Shown here piece after piece: positions 42,817-51,987 of a stretch of DNA of 58,162 nt (positions are counted from its first letter, which is position 1; each line of letters opens with the position of its first letter). The position numbers were made by a program, and so were the translations under genes. The DNA is taken from contig PLHP01000200.1 of the NCBI GenBank assembly GCA_003138955.1, positions 1 through 58,162 on the forward strand, written 5' to 3'. Under the pieces are notes generated by a model that was not told where the DNA came from, searched no databases, and worked only from the letters and a program-made list of their open reading frames with translations. The stretch is from Acidobacteriaceae bacterium. GTDB lineage: Bacteria; Acidobacteriota; Terriglobia; Terriglobales; Acidobacteriaceae.

Positions 42817-44058
42817 CTAATTCTGCCTGGTGGCTTTCGCGGCAACCCGTCCGTTGCTCTTGCGCGGTACAGCCGACTCGATGGCTTCGAGCAGCCGGTC
42901 GATGTCGGCGGTATTGTTGAAAAAATGACAGGAGACTCGCACCCCGCCTACATTCGATGTATAGCGCACCGAAACTAAAATCTTCAGCTCGAGGAGCTTC
43001 TCCATCAGTCGGATGTTTTCTGCCGCAGAGCCAACGCTGAAGGTCACGATCCCGGAACGATGCTTGCGCGCGACCGGCGTCACGATCTCAATGCCGAGAG
43101 CTTGTAGTCCTTCGATGAGGTGATCGGTCAAGGCGTAGGTGTGCTCGGCGATGCGGTCCTGGCCGAGAGACTGAATCATTTTCAGCGCAGCCGCTAATCC
43201 GATGCCTCCGGCGTAATTTGCCGTCCCGCCGATCTCGTAAACCCGCGCGCCTTTCGTGAATTCATAATCCATGACCGGCCGAATCGATGGTGTCTGGAAA
43301 TGGGCTCCCCATCCACCTTGCGGCGGCTCCACGTTCATGTAACCAGTAAGAGGCGGCAGCAACTTTCGCAACGCCTCCCGCCGGATGTACAAAAAGCCCA
43401 TGCCAAACGGAGAAGTGAGCCACTTATGTCCGCCGCAGGCAAGAAAGTCCACCGGCGTCTTTTGCACATCGAGGGGAATTGCGCCGAGCTGCTGGATCGC
43501 ATCCACGACAAGCCAAACTTCCTTTTCAGCGCAAAGAGAACTGAGTTTCTCGAGATCGCATCGGAAGCCATTACTCCACTGCACCGTACTAATGCAGACG
43601 ACTCTTGTCTTCGATGTCAAGCGCTCTGCAATGTTCTGTACTCTCACTTCCCCGTTCTGGTTGGGGACAACATCGATGCTAATGCCCCGTGCCGCCAGTT
43701 GGATCCAAGGTACGGCTACTTCCAGAAACTCCAAATCGGATATAAGGACGCGGTCGCCAGGCGAAAGAGGAATCGATTGGGCGGCGATGCTGAGCCCGTG
43801 ACTGGTGCTTTCCACCAAGGCGATCTCATCTTCGTCCGCATTGATCAGGCGCGCGGCTTCCGGCCGGGCGAGAGCGCGCATTTCATCCATCGAGATGTGA
43901 TGCAGAGTGGACGATCGCGCCGGGCAAAGCAGCGTCATGTCGAGAAAATTTCGGATCGCTTCGGTGGCCACACGAGGGGCAAGGCTTACGCACGCGGCAT
44001 CCAGGAACGTCTTGTGTAGAAGCGCGGGAAATTGTTCGCGAGCGTCCTCAAAATCCAT
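42817..44058 (-). CDS. Class-V aminotransferase-fold PLP enzyme (paralogue 3)
   Basis: It carries the GGHKWLTSPFGMGFLYIRR PLP-lysine motif. The start lies 1 nt after the stop of paralogue 4. Confidence 0.8.
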   Translation of the reverse strand: MDFEDAREQFPALLHKTFLDAACVSLAPRVATEAIRNFLDMTLLCPARSSTLHHISMDEMRALARPEAARLINADEDEIALVESTSHGLSIAAQSIPLSPGDRVLISDLEFLEVAVPWIQLAARGISIDVVPNQNGEVRVQNIAERLTSKTRVVCISTVQWSNGFRCDLEKLSSLCAEKEVWLVVDAIQQLGAIPLDVQKTPVDFLACGGHKWLTSPFGMGFLYIRREALRKLLPPLTGYMNVEPPQGGWGAHFQTPSIRPVMDYEFTKGARVYEIGGTANYAGGIGLAAALKMIQSLGQDRIAEHTYALTDHLIEGLQALGIEIVTPVARKHRSGIVTFSVGSAAENIRLMEKLLELKILVSVRYTSNVGGVRVSCHFFNNTADIDRLLEAIESAVPRKSNGRVAAKATRQN

Positions 44059-44059
44059 T

Positions 44060-45226
44060 TCAGTCGCCGCTCACAGCGGCCGTGCCGGTGACCAGCAGGT
44101 CGAGATTCTGTTCTAACACCTGGAGGACTGCCCGTACATCCTCGAGAGTATTGTAGACATGGAAAGAAAGGCGCAGCCCATCGTGGCGGCTGGAACACAC
44201 GATCCCGTTGGCCGCCAGTTTTTCGACCAATCGGGCGGCGTCCTTGCATTGGAAAACGACGAGCGGTCCCACGCTTGTGGTTGGTGTTTTGGCAATCAGG
44301 CCCAGTTTCTGCGCCCCCTTTAAAAGTGCGCTTGTCAGTTCGTGGATCTGCCAGGATACGTTGTCTAGTCCGATCTCCTGCAATAACTCAATGCCCCGCA
44401 TGGCTGCATAGATATTGGGCACGGCAGGAGATCCTTCTTCAAACCTGCGCGCCGAAGGAGCGGGATCGAAACATTTCACGTCGAAGGCGAAAGGATTGCG
44501 TTGCGCAAACCAGCCTGTAATCGTGGGCTGGAGAGATGCGATCAGCTCCTTGCGGACATACAAAAATGCCAAGCCGGGTGGTCCCAACAGGTACTTCAGC
44601 GTTCCCGTTACATAGAAGTCGACGTCCGCAGTTCGAACGTTCACCGGCCGAGTGCCACAGTCCTGGTAATCATCCAGCATAACCAGCGCGCCATTGGCGT
44701 GCGCAAGCGGAACGACTTCGCGGACTGCCGAGCGGAAGCCATTCATGAAGCAAACTCCGGTCAGGGGAACGATGAGAGTTTGGCGGTCGATCGCGCGCTC
44801 GTAATTTTCCGTCGGAATCGAATTGCCCACCGCGCTGACAAACTCGACTTGAGCTCCGCGCTTCTGCTGGGCCAGCCAAACATGGCCCATGGTCGGAAAC
44901 TCGAATTCGCCCATTACCACTTTCCTCCGGCGATCAAACGTCAAAGCGCTGGCAATCGAGTTCATGCCAGCCGATGCACAGGGGACGATGGCAACTTCAT
45001 CGGCGGTGGCGCCGATAAAACCGGCGAACTGCGACCGTGCTGCCTCATATCTCTCCACCCAAATATCCCACGGTGAACCATGCTCATGCCAGCTCGCCAC
45101 GTACTCACGAAGACCGTTCTCCACGGCGTCCGATAGCGCTCCTTGCGAGCAACTGTTCAGATAGATCTTGTTCCGGAGGAGGGGGAATCGCGATCGAATC
45201 GCTTGTAACTCGGGGCTGCTTAGCAT
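44060..45226 (-). CDS. Class-V aminotransferase-fold PLP enzyme (paralogue 4)
   Basis: N-terminal FPLL.NKIYLNSCSQGALS, TGTLKYLLGPPGLAFLYVRK (PLP Lys) and C-terminal LRLSFHVYNT.EDV are present. Confidence 0.8.
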   Translation of the reverse strand: MLSSPELQAIRSRFPLLRNKIYLNSCSQGALSDAVENGLREYVASWHEHGSPWDIWVERYEAARSQFAGFIGATADEVAIVPCASAGMNSIASALTFDRRRKVVMGEFEFPTMGHVWLAQQKRGAQVEFVSAVGNSIPTENYERAIDRQTLIVPLTGVCFMNGFRSAVREVVPLAHANGALVMLDDYQDCGTRPVNVRTADVDFYVTGTLKYLLGPPGLAFLYVRKELIASLQPTITGWFAQRNPFAFDVKCFDPAPSARRFEEGSPAVPNIYAAMRGIELLQEIGLDNVSWQIHELTSALLKGAQKLGLIAKTPTTSVGPLVVFQCKDAARLVEKLAANGIVCSSRHDGLRLSFHVYNTLEDVRAVLQVLEQNLDLLVTGTAAVSGD

Positions 45227-45259
45227 CGCGTGCTTCCTATCAGTCGGAATGTTCCGACG

Positions 45260-45299
45260 GCAGGAGCAGCGCCGTCACGGAAGGCTGCGCTACTCCTGC
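45260..45299 (-). promoter_or_regulatory. Intercistronic stem-loop between the receptor gene and the PLP-enzyme genes
   Basis: gcaggagcagcg (45260-45271) pairs with cgctactcctgc (45288-45299), giving 11 of 12 complementary bases around a 16-nt loop. No U-tract follows on the minus strand. Confidence 0.35.
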
Positions 45300-45321
45300 T
45301 CCGGGGGAATTGTGTAGTGCT

Positions 45322-48300
45322 TCAAAAAACCAATTTCATATTGAGCTGAAACTGGCGCTGGGCGCCCTCCCCGAAGTGCGAGTCGTTGTTCACAACGTCG
45401 GCTGTTCCCGAAACGTACTCCGCTCCTAAACTCGACGCAGGATTGCCAAAATTGGTGTGATTGAGGAAGTTGAAGCCGTCGGCCCGGAATTGCAGCTTCA
45501 CCCGCTCGCTGATCGGAAACCACTTTGCGACCGAGAAATCCCACTGAGTAAGCCACGGTGCCGGAAGACTGTTGCGCGCGCAATTCCCGAAAGTTCCAGG
45601 ATTTGGTTCGGCATAGCCGCTCACGACGTAAGGTATTTTGAAGTTCTTGAGCTGCGTCACCAAAGGACCCACGCAATTCGGCACGTCGTGCAGTTCGCCC
45701 GTACCGCTGATATCGTCATACGTCAGAACCGGAAGGTACATGGAATCGTGCCAACTGACAACGCCTGACAACTGCCACTGATTCACGAGGTACCCCATCC
45801 CTTTGCTGTGCGTGAACGACGGGAATTGGTAAACGTAAGAGGCAGAGATAGCTTGCGGCACGTCAAATTCGGAGTTGGCTCGATTGAGCCCTGGATTCAG
45901 GGAATCTTTCGGCACAAATCCACTGGTGCCGAAGAAGTCCATGGTTTCGGACGCGTCGTCGATCGCGTGCGCCCAAGTGTAAGCGAACTCGGTCGTCAGG
46001 CCGTGATAATTTTTGGTCTTCAGCTGAACTTGCAGCGAGTTGTAACTCGAGTTGTTGGTCGAGTTGATGGTGTTGATCTGTCCGAACTGCGGGTATTGGC
46101 TGTAGTAGGGACGGTTCACTTGTTCGTTCGCGAAGCTGCCAGGGGGAGGCATGTTCACGTCCGGCAAACTGTAGATGTGCGTGCCTTTGGAACCGACATA
46201 GCCGATCTGCAAAACCATGGCCGCCATCAGCTCTTGCTCCACGTTCAGGTTCCAGCTCTGTACGTACGGAGACTTGAGGTTTGGATTTACCGCGATCAGG
46301 TTGAGAATCGACCCTGGTACCACGCTCGTGCTCGTCCCGAAGATCGGAACATTGGGCTGGATCGCAGCTGTGGGGTCCAGAAGCGAGTTTGAATAACTGC
46401 CCAGGCCGTTGATCGGATTCGTGGCGAGACCCGGATTGCTGTTGGTGAGGTTATACGACTGGCCGACCAGCACGTCCAGCGGGCTATCCACATAGTACAT
46501 GCCGTAGCCGGCTCGGACCACGGTGTGGAGGCCGTGGTAGGTAAAAGGTGAATACGCAAACGCAACCCGCGGAGAGAAATTCTTATACACGGTATGGTAG
46601 ATATCGCCGTGTACTGGAACAAGTCCCTGGCTCGGGAAGAAATTCGAGAAGCGCCCGCGGTCTTCCTGCGGAACCCCGAAGAAATCCCAGCGCAGGCCCG
46701 CAATGAGTGTGAGTTTGGGTGTCAACTGGTAGGTATCGTTGGCATACAGGCCGACGACATTCTGATGGATGTCGAAACGCGTGCTGCCGCGCGATATGTT
46801 TGTCGAATTCGGGTCAGGAAGCCCAGCCAGCAGATCGGCAAGGGCCTCAAGCCTGGATATGGCGGGAGATGAGGGGGTTGTGTTAGGGAAAAGAGTGTTC
46901 CCGACCTGACTTCCATCAAACGTGAGCAATCCACGAAAGTTGTCGTCGTTGAAGCCAAACACTTTGTTCAGTTCCCAATTCGCACCGAACTGAAGGCTAT
47001 GCTTCCCACGGTTGATCGCCGCGTCGTCGTTCCACTGGAACGTCTCGCTGGTCCGCGCTCTTGGCCAACTCGGGTTGATGCCTAGATTCTCGAAAACACT
47101 GGAGCCTAGATCGATTTCGGGCAGGCCGTAGTTTTCAGGACTTGTGCCGGTATCCAGCCCGATGGAAGCCGGATTAAATGTGCTGTCCGCCCCGAGGAAC
47201 CCGAGATGAACGTGGTTGTAAGAGAGGCGGAAGACGTTGATCAGACTGGGCGAGAAAGTATGCGATTCGCTGATGGCCAGGTTCTGCGGCCGGATAGGCG
47301 TGACTCCGTAGTATTGCGGCAGTTGCGAGCCTCCGCCAGGTGAATCGGAGCCCTGCGGAAAGTTGTCTTTTCCGTTGCCAAACAGATAGCGGGCTGCCAA
47401 CTGATCGCTATTCCCCAAACGTTGATCGATCTTGACGGAAAAGTTGTCTGGTGTCTGGCTGCCTACGCCGCTGATGGCGAACTGGCCGGAATAGGGTTGA
47501 TACAGTTTCAGAATCGCCAAGCCGAGGGCGTTCGGTGCCTGCGGGGCCAAAGCGGCCTCCACCTGCTGGATCTCTGCCGTGCTGGGCGCGAAAGCAATAC
47601 CCGAACTCCCCAAACGGCTGCGGCTGCCATCGTAGGCAACAAAGAAGAACGTCTTGTTCTTAACGATCGGGCCTCCCAAGCTGCCGCCATATTCATTCCA
47701 AATGAAATGCGCCTTCGGAGCCCCGAGGAGATTCTCGAAATAGTTGTGCGCGGTAAGCGAAGCATCGCGATGGTATTCATAAAGCGAACCGTGAAACGCG
47801 TTGGTTCCACTTTTGAGGACGATGTTGATCGCCCCCGCGCCCGCTTCCGCATCCGCGGCACCCTCGGTGACGACGCTCATTTCCTGAATCCCGTCGGGTG
47901 GCACCCGCGTGGCCGCGGTGTAGGAATTTCCGCCCTGGTTCATGGCAGGCAATTGCCGGTAGGCATCCATGTTTTGCGAGCCGTCAATATTGAAGCTCAC
48001 GGAGCGGCTGGGCGCACCATTGATCGCGATCTGGGTAAAGGTGTAGCCCGTGGCCGTCGAGGTGCCCGGCAAGAGAAACGCGAAGCGAGTGTAGTCGTTG
48101 TTGCCCATGGGCAATTCGGTTACCTCCTGCTCCGTGATGTTGCCGCCGACGGTATCGGTCTGAGTCTCGAGGATCGGCGCTGCGGCACTGACCTCAACCC
48201 GCACCTCGACCCTTCCGGGTACGAGCGTCACGGGGATTTCGTTCACCTGGTTCAAATTCGTGATGATGTTGGTCTGTCTGTAGGACTTGAAACCGTCTTT

Positions 48301-48570
48301 CGTGACGGTCAGTTGGAAGGTTGCCAGCGGCAACTCCTGGAAGCGAAACACGCCGTTGCTGTCGGTTTTCACGGCACGTTCCAGGCCGATGTCGGTCGCG
48401 GAAAGCACTACCTGAGCACCCTCGACGGCTCCGCCCGAACTGTCGAGCACGGTGCCGGTGATGCGGCCGGGAAATATCTGGGCGTGCGAACTTCCCTCAA
48501 AAACAAGGACCAAACAAAGAGCAAGCGACATGAAGAGGATTAAGCGCACACGAAACATAAACGCCCCCAT
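45322..48570 (-). CDS. TonB-dependent receptor with a carboxypeptidase-regulatory-like domain (second copy)
   Basis: It has a signal peptide (MFRVRLILFMSLALCLVLVFEGSSHAQ), a CarboxypepD_reg-like segment (GRITGTVLDSSGGAVEGAQVVLSATDIGL.R...TDSNGVFRFQELPLATFQLTV) and a large barrel ending NMKLVF. The start is ambiguous (48558, 48570 or 48603). Confidence 0.85.
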   Translation of the reverse strand: MGAFMFRVRLILFMSLALCLVLVFEGSSHAQIFPGRITGTVLDSSGGAVEGAQVVLSATDIGLERAVKTDSNGVFRFQELPLATFQLTVTKDGFKSYRQTNIITNLNQVNEIPVTLVPGRVEVRVEVSAAAPILETQTDTVGGNITEQEVTELPMGNNDYTRFAFLLPGTSTATGYTFTQIAINGAPSRSVSFNIDGSQNMDAYRQLPAMNQGGNSYTAATRVPPDGIQEMSVVTEGAADAEAGAGAINIVLKSGTNAFHGSLYEYHRDASLTAHNYFENLLGAPKAHFIWNEYGGSLGGPIVKNKTFFFVAYDGSRSRLGSSGIAFAPSTAEIQQVEAALAPQAPNALGLAILKLYQPYSGQFAISGVGSQTPDNFSVKIDQRLGNSDQLAARYLFGNGKDNFPQGSDSPGGGSQLPQYYGVTPIRPQNLAISESHTFSPSLINVFRLSYNHVHLGFLGADSTFNPASIGLDTGTSPENYGLPEIDLGSSVFENLGINPSWPRARTSETFQWNDDAAINRGKHSLQFGANWELNKVFGFNDDNFRGLLTFDGSQVGNTLFPNTTPSSPAISRLEALADLLAGLPDPNSTNISRGSTRFDIHQNVVGLYANDTYQLTPKLTLIAGLRWDFFGVPQEDRGRFSNFFPSQGLVPVHGDIYHTVYKNFSPRVAFAYSPFTYHGLHTVVRAGYGMYYVDSPLDVLVGQSYNLTNSNPGLATNPINGLGSYSNSLLDPTAAIQPNVPIFGTSTSVVPGSILNLIAVNPNLKSPYVQSWNLNVEQELMAAMVLQIGYVGSKGTHIYSLPDVNMPPPGSFANEQVNRPYYSQYPQFGQINTINSTNNSSYNSLQVQLKTKNYHGLTTEFAYTWAHAIDDASETMDFFGTSGFVPKDSLNPGLNRANSEFDVPQAISASYVYQFPSFTHSKGMGYLVNQWQLSGVVSWHDSMYLPVLTYDDISGTGELHDVPNCVGPLVTQLKNFKIPYVVSGYAEPNPGTFGNCARNSLPAPWLTQWDFSVAKWFPISERVKLQFRADGFNFLNHTNFGNPASSLGAEYVSGTADVVNNDSHFGEGAQRQFQLNMKLVF

Positions 48571-48690
48571 AGAGACGATGATTAGATTGGCTCTGCCCGG
48601 CATAGCTCTCCTCCGAACTCCGCTGTGAGTTCGCGACTGGAGTCACCCTGCCAAGCATCCGCTGGCTTCGCAGTTTCACACAGGGAATGG

Positions 48691-48723
48691 TGACATGTCA
48701 AGGAAAATCTTGTGGTATACAAG
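48691..48723. promoter_or_regulatory. Two palindromes in the divergent receptor/gntR promoter (candidate GntR operator)
   Basis: A perfect 10-bp palindrome, tgacatgtca, lies at 48691-48700. cttgt-ggtat-acaag (5-bp arms, 5-bp spacer) lies at 48709-48723 and fits the GntR-family GT-N(x)-AC operator logic. Confidence 0.5.
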
Positions 48724-48833
48724 TGATATGCAATACAGGAAGCTCGCAAATTCTGCGATATGCTGCTACCCTCCGTCGCCCCCATAATGAAGTGAGAAAG
48801 AAAGAATGAAAGAATGAAGAGAGGGGAGGATGG

Positions 48834-49589
48834 ATGACCAAGCTCAGGGAAGTAAGGCGCGTGCGAACCTCGCGGCAGCAGCCTGTCAGCGCACCTCGGG
48901 CCGGCACACCGCGGCACGCAACGGCAAAGCCTCCCGAGGACTCACTAAGTGAGCAAGTTTATCAGTCGTTAAAGCGGGACATCGTCACTGGGATACACCC
49001 GCCGGGCGAAGCACTGAGTGAGAAGGATCTCGCCCGGAGATACAACAGCAGCCGCACGCCGGTGCGCGAGGCCGCCGTCCGGCTGCAACAGGACAACTTG
49101 CTGCGTGTGGTCCCCAATCGGGGGTACTTCGTCACCAAGATATCGGTACAGGATTTGACTCAGTTGTACGAGTACCGCACGGCGGTGGAGTGTGCTTGCG
49201 CGGAGCTGGCTGCGGCGAAGGGTATGAATCCCGAACTGATGGAAAGCCTGGAGAGATTGGCCCAAACGGAATACAAGATCGACGACCGGAAAAGCTACAT
49301 TCATTTCATTACGGCAGACACGGCCTTTCACATCGGCATCGCACAATTGGCGCGAAACCAGCTCCTGCTGCGGGCGGTCGAAACGGTCCGCTGCCAAATG
49401 GAGCGGATCATGTATGCCGCAATTGACATCGGGTACTACGGAGAGCTGCCGGTTCGCGAGCACTGCGAAATCCTGGACGCAATCAACAACCGCGATCCAC
49501 AGCGAGCACGCCAGTTGATGTATGGCCACATCTTTGGCTCAAGGGACAAGGTTCTTCGGATCGCCGGCGGCGCCCCCGGGCAGTTTTGA
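48834..49589 (+). CDS. GntR-family transcriptional regulator (FCD-type), second copy
   Basis: A winged-HTH (VYQSLKRDIVTGIHPPGEALSEKDLARRYNSSRTPVREAAVRLQQDNLL) is followed by an FCD-like helical domain. Confidence 0.85.
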   Translation: MTKLREVRRVRTSRQQPVSAPRAGTPRHATAKPPEDSLSEQVYQSLKRDIVTGIHPPGEALSEKDLARRYNSSRTPVREAAVRLQQDNLLRVVPNRGYFVTKISVQDLTQLYEYRTAVECACAELAAAKGMNPELMESLERLAQTEYKIDDRKSYIHFITADTAFHIGIAQLARNQLLLRAVETVRCQMERIMYAAIDIGYYGELPVREHCEILDAINNRDPQRARQLMYGHIFGSRDKVLRIAGGAPGQF

Positions 49590-49694
49590 CGCGCTGCGCG
49601 CTCTGATCGTTTTCGTGAATTTCCGGAGTCTGGACGCCGGACAGAAACATGTGGTCGCCAGGGAAGTCTTCAGTCTTTTCTGATAGGTTGTGCG

Positions 49695-49903
49695 ATGCGA
49701 CCATCGGAAATAGGATTAGTGGTGACTACCTCCACCCAAGACCGCTCGCCAATCGACGAATTCCTACCGAATCACGATTTCAGTCCAGATATGAAATCCG
49801 CATCAACGCGCCAGCTTCGGTGGTGTATCAGCGTCTTCTGCGCTCGGACTTCAGCGAACTGTGGCTGGTGCGCGTCATGTTTAAGTGGATGGTATACGTT
49901 TGA
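49695..49903 (+). pseudogene. Frameshifted, truncated gene remnant (N-terminus of a small SRPBCC/DUF-type protein)
   Basis: One frame reads ...DRSPIDEFLPNHDFS and the -1 frame continues ...RYEIRINAPASVVYQRLLRSDFSELWLVRVMFK, then stops at 49903. Together they resemble the N-terminus of a ~150-aa family as I recall it. No intact ORF exists. Confidence 0.35.
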
Positions 49904-49951
49904 CACGACCCGCAAAATTGTGAAGAATGCCTTTTTCTCGGGAGGAGTTCC

Positions 49952-50761
49952 ATGCGTTCTGCAACGTTGGTGTTAGTGGCTGCGTTTGCGACGGTGGCGC
50001 CAGTGGTGGCGCAAGCACAGACTATGGCGGCGCCGGGGGATTGGCTTCATGGAATCGCGACCGGGAAAAATGCGGTGGTCGACATGACGTACCCGGTGAA
50101 CGAGAAATTTCCGGCATGGCCGGGGGATGACCACGTGTTCGAGGCGAAAGTGAGTGCGACGGTGGAGAAGGACGGATACTTCATGCGTAGTTTCTGGATG
50201 CTAGAGCACTATGGAACGCACATGGACGCGCCGGCACATTTTCCGCCGGGGAAGATTACGCTCGATGAAATTCCAGACACGCATTTTTTCGGGCCGGCGG
50301 TTGTGATCGACGTTCGCGAAGAGGCGGCCAGGGATGCGGATTACCGGCTGACGGTTGTGCGGGTTAAAAAGTGGGAAGCGGAGCACGGGCAGATTCCGAA
50401 GGGCGCGATCGCGGTGTTGCGAACGGGATGGGGTTCGCGTGTTCCCGATGTGGCGCGCTACCGGAATATGGACGCGAACCAGGTGATGCACTTTCCGGGG
50501 TATTCGGTGGACTCTGCGAAGCTGCTGATCGAGCGCGGCGTGGTGGGGCTGGGGATCGATACGCTGAGCATCGACTACGGCGCGTCGAAAGACTTCGAAG
50601 TGCATCGTGTGGAGCTGCCCGCAGGACTCTACAACCTTGAAAACCTGGCGAACACAGAGTCACTGCCAGAATGGGGCGCGTATTTGATCGCGGCTCCGAT
50701 CAAGCTCGCAGGCGGGTCGGGCGGCCCGGTCCGTGTGTTCGCGGTGCTGCCTCCGAAGTGA
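49952..50761 (+). CDS. Secreted cyclase-family protein (kynurenine/aryl formamidase-like)
   Basis: It has a Sec-type signal peptide (MRSATLVLVAAFATVAPVVAQAQ) and the HYGTHMDAPAHF motif (HxGTHxDxPxH) of the putative-cyclase/KynB family. Confidence 0.8.
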   Translation: MRSATLVLVAAFATVAPVVAQAQTMAAPGDWLHGIATGKNAVVDMTYPVNEKFPAWPGDDHVFEAKVSATVEKDGYFMRSFWMLEHYGTHMDAPAHFPPGKITLDEIPDTHFFGPAVVIDVREEAARDADYRLTVVRVKKWEAEHGQIPKGAIAVLRTGWGSRVPDVARYRNMDANQVMHFPGYSVDSAKLLIERGVVGLGIDTLSIDYGASKDFEVHRVELPAGLYNLENLANTESLPEWGAYLIAAPIKLAGGSGGPVRVFAVLPPK

Positions 50762-51047
50762 ACACTGAGTAAAGAGCTCGAACACCCTGCGGACACTCCT
50801 GCCTTAGACATGTTTTTCGATGCAGGAGGTCCAAGCGTTAGCCCAGCTTTTAATTTTATCGATCGTGGAACAACCTGTATCTATGGGTTAAGACGCTCGT
50901 CCCGCTGCCATAATTTCTCAATATGCGGGCGCTACCGGCTGTGCTTCCTCTGCCCAAACCCCAATCTAGCCTGTAGGCCGCCATCGTGTCAAAATTTTCG
51001 TAAAAAAGGCGTAAGGATAGCCTGCAAGTCCAGATTCATCGTAAGTC

Positions 51048-51845
51048 TCAGCGTAGCTTATAAGGACGGCCGCGGTACATCCCCATGCGTTCGACGCTGC
51101 GGACACGAATGAGCTGCAAACTGACGTTATCGCTGCCGTCCTGTTCGTTGGCGCGGTCGACGAGTTCGCGGGCGACGACCGCGAGATCGCGGTGGCGCGT
51201 GGCCTCGGCGATCTCGGCAGACTTGACCGCGTTGTGCAATCCGTCGGAGCAAAGCAGCAGTACATCGCCAGGCAAAAGTTGGATCTCGTCGACATCGATG
51301 TTTACGAAAAGATTCATCCCGAGCGAGCGGCTAAGAACGTGGCGCTGGGAGGACTCAGCGGCCTCTTCAGCGGAAACCAAGCCGAGGCGCACCTGATCGG
51401 CGACGACGGTATGATCGCGGGTGATGGGCTTGGCATCGCCGTCCCGGATCAGATAGCAACGAGAATCGCCGACGTGGGCCACCGTGGCGCGGTCGAATCG
51501 TAACGCTACGACGACGATGGTGGAAGCCATACCGAGGCCTAAGCGGCCGGAGAGGGCTTCGGATTCGCAAACGCGCGCGTTGGCCGCTTGCACGAGCTGA
51601 GTGACCACATCCTTATGCAAGGCTCCGTCCTTCGCGCGACGGAATCCGGCGAGCGCTTCCTGGACGGCTGCGCGCGAAGCCACTTCTCCCTGGCGTTGTC
51701 CGCCGACGCCGTCGGCCAAAGCGAAGAGCCATCCGTGCGAGCGCGCGTGCGAGGGGGAGCTGGGAACCACGTGGCCAAGATAGTCCTCATTGCGCGTGCG
51801 CACGCGGCCGGTATCGGAGAGTTCCGCGAATTCGAGATCCAACAT
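51048..51845 (-). CDS. PP2C-family Ser/Thr protein phosphatase
   Basis: LSDTGRVRTRNEDY, FALADGVGG, LLLCSDGL and DN.S motifs are present. Confidence 0.85.
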   Translation of the reverse strand: MLDLEFAELSDTGRVRTRNEDYLGHVVPSSPSHARSHGWLFALADGVGGQRQGEVASRAAVQEALAGFRRAKDGALHKDVVTQLVQAANARVCESEALSGRLGLGMASTIVVVALRFDRATVAHVGDSRCYLIRDGDAKPITRDHTVVADQVRLGLVSAEEAAESSQRHVLSRSLGMNLFVNIDVDEIQLLPGDVLLLCSDGLHNAVKSAEIAEATRHRDLAVVARELVDRANEQDGSDNVSLQLIRVRSVERMGMYRGRPYKLR

Positions 51846-51987
51846 AGAAGAGCGAATTGTATGGAGAAAGACCTACGCGGTCCTATCGCCGGCGATGGCC
51901 AGTTCCCAATATCTAATTCTTACCGACAGACGGAAGACTGGCAACCCTGCTGCTGCCACACTCCGCCGTCCCCGGCTGTTCGTGGGG

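Noticed and set aside
50810-51112. A Cys-rich 100-aa ORF in the cyclase/PP2C intergenic region.
   Set aside because: It has no RBS, its 3' part overlaps the PP2C gene on the opposite strand, and its composition suggests a chance ORF in AT-richer non-coding DNA.
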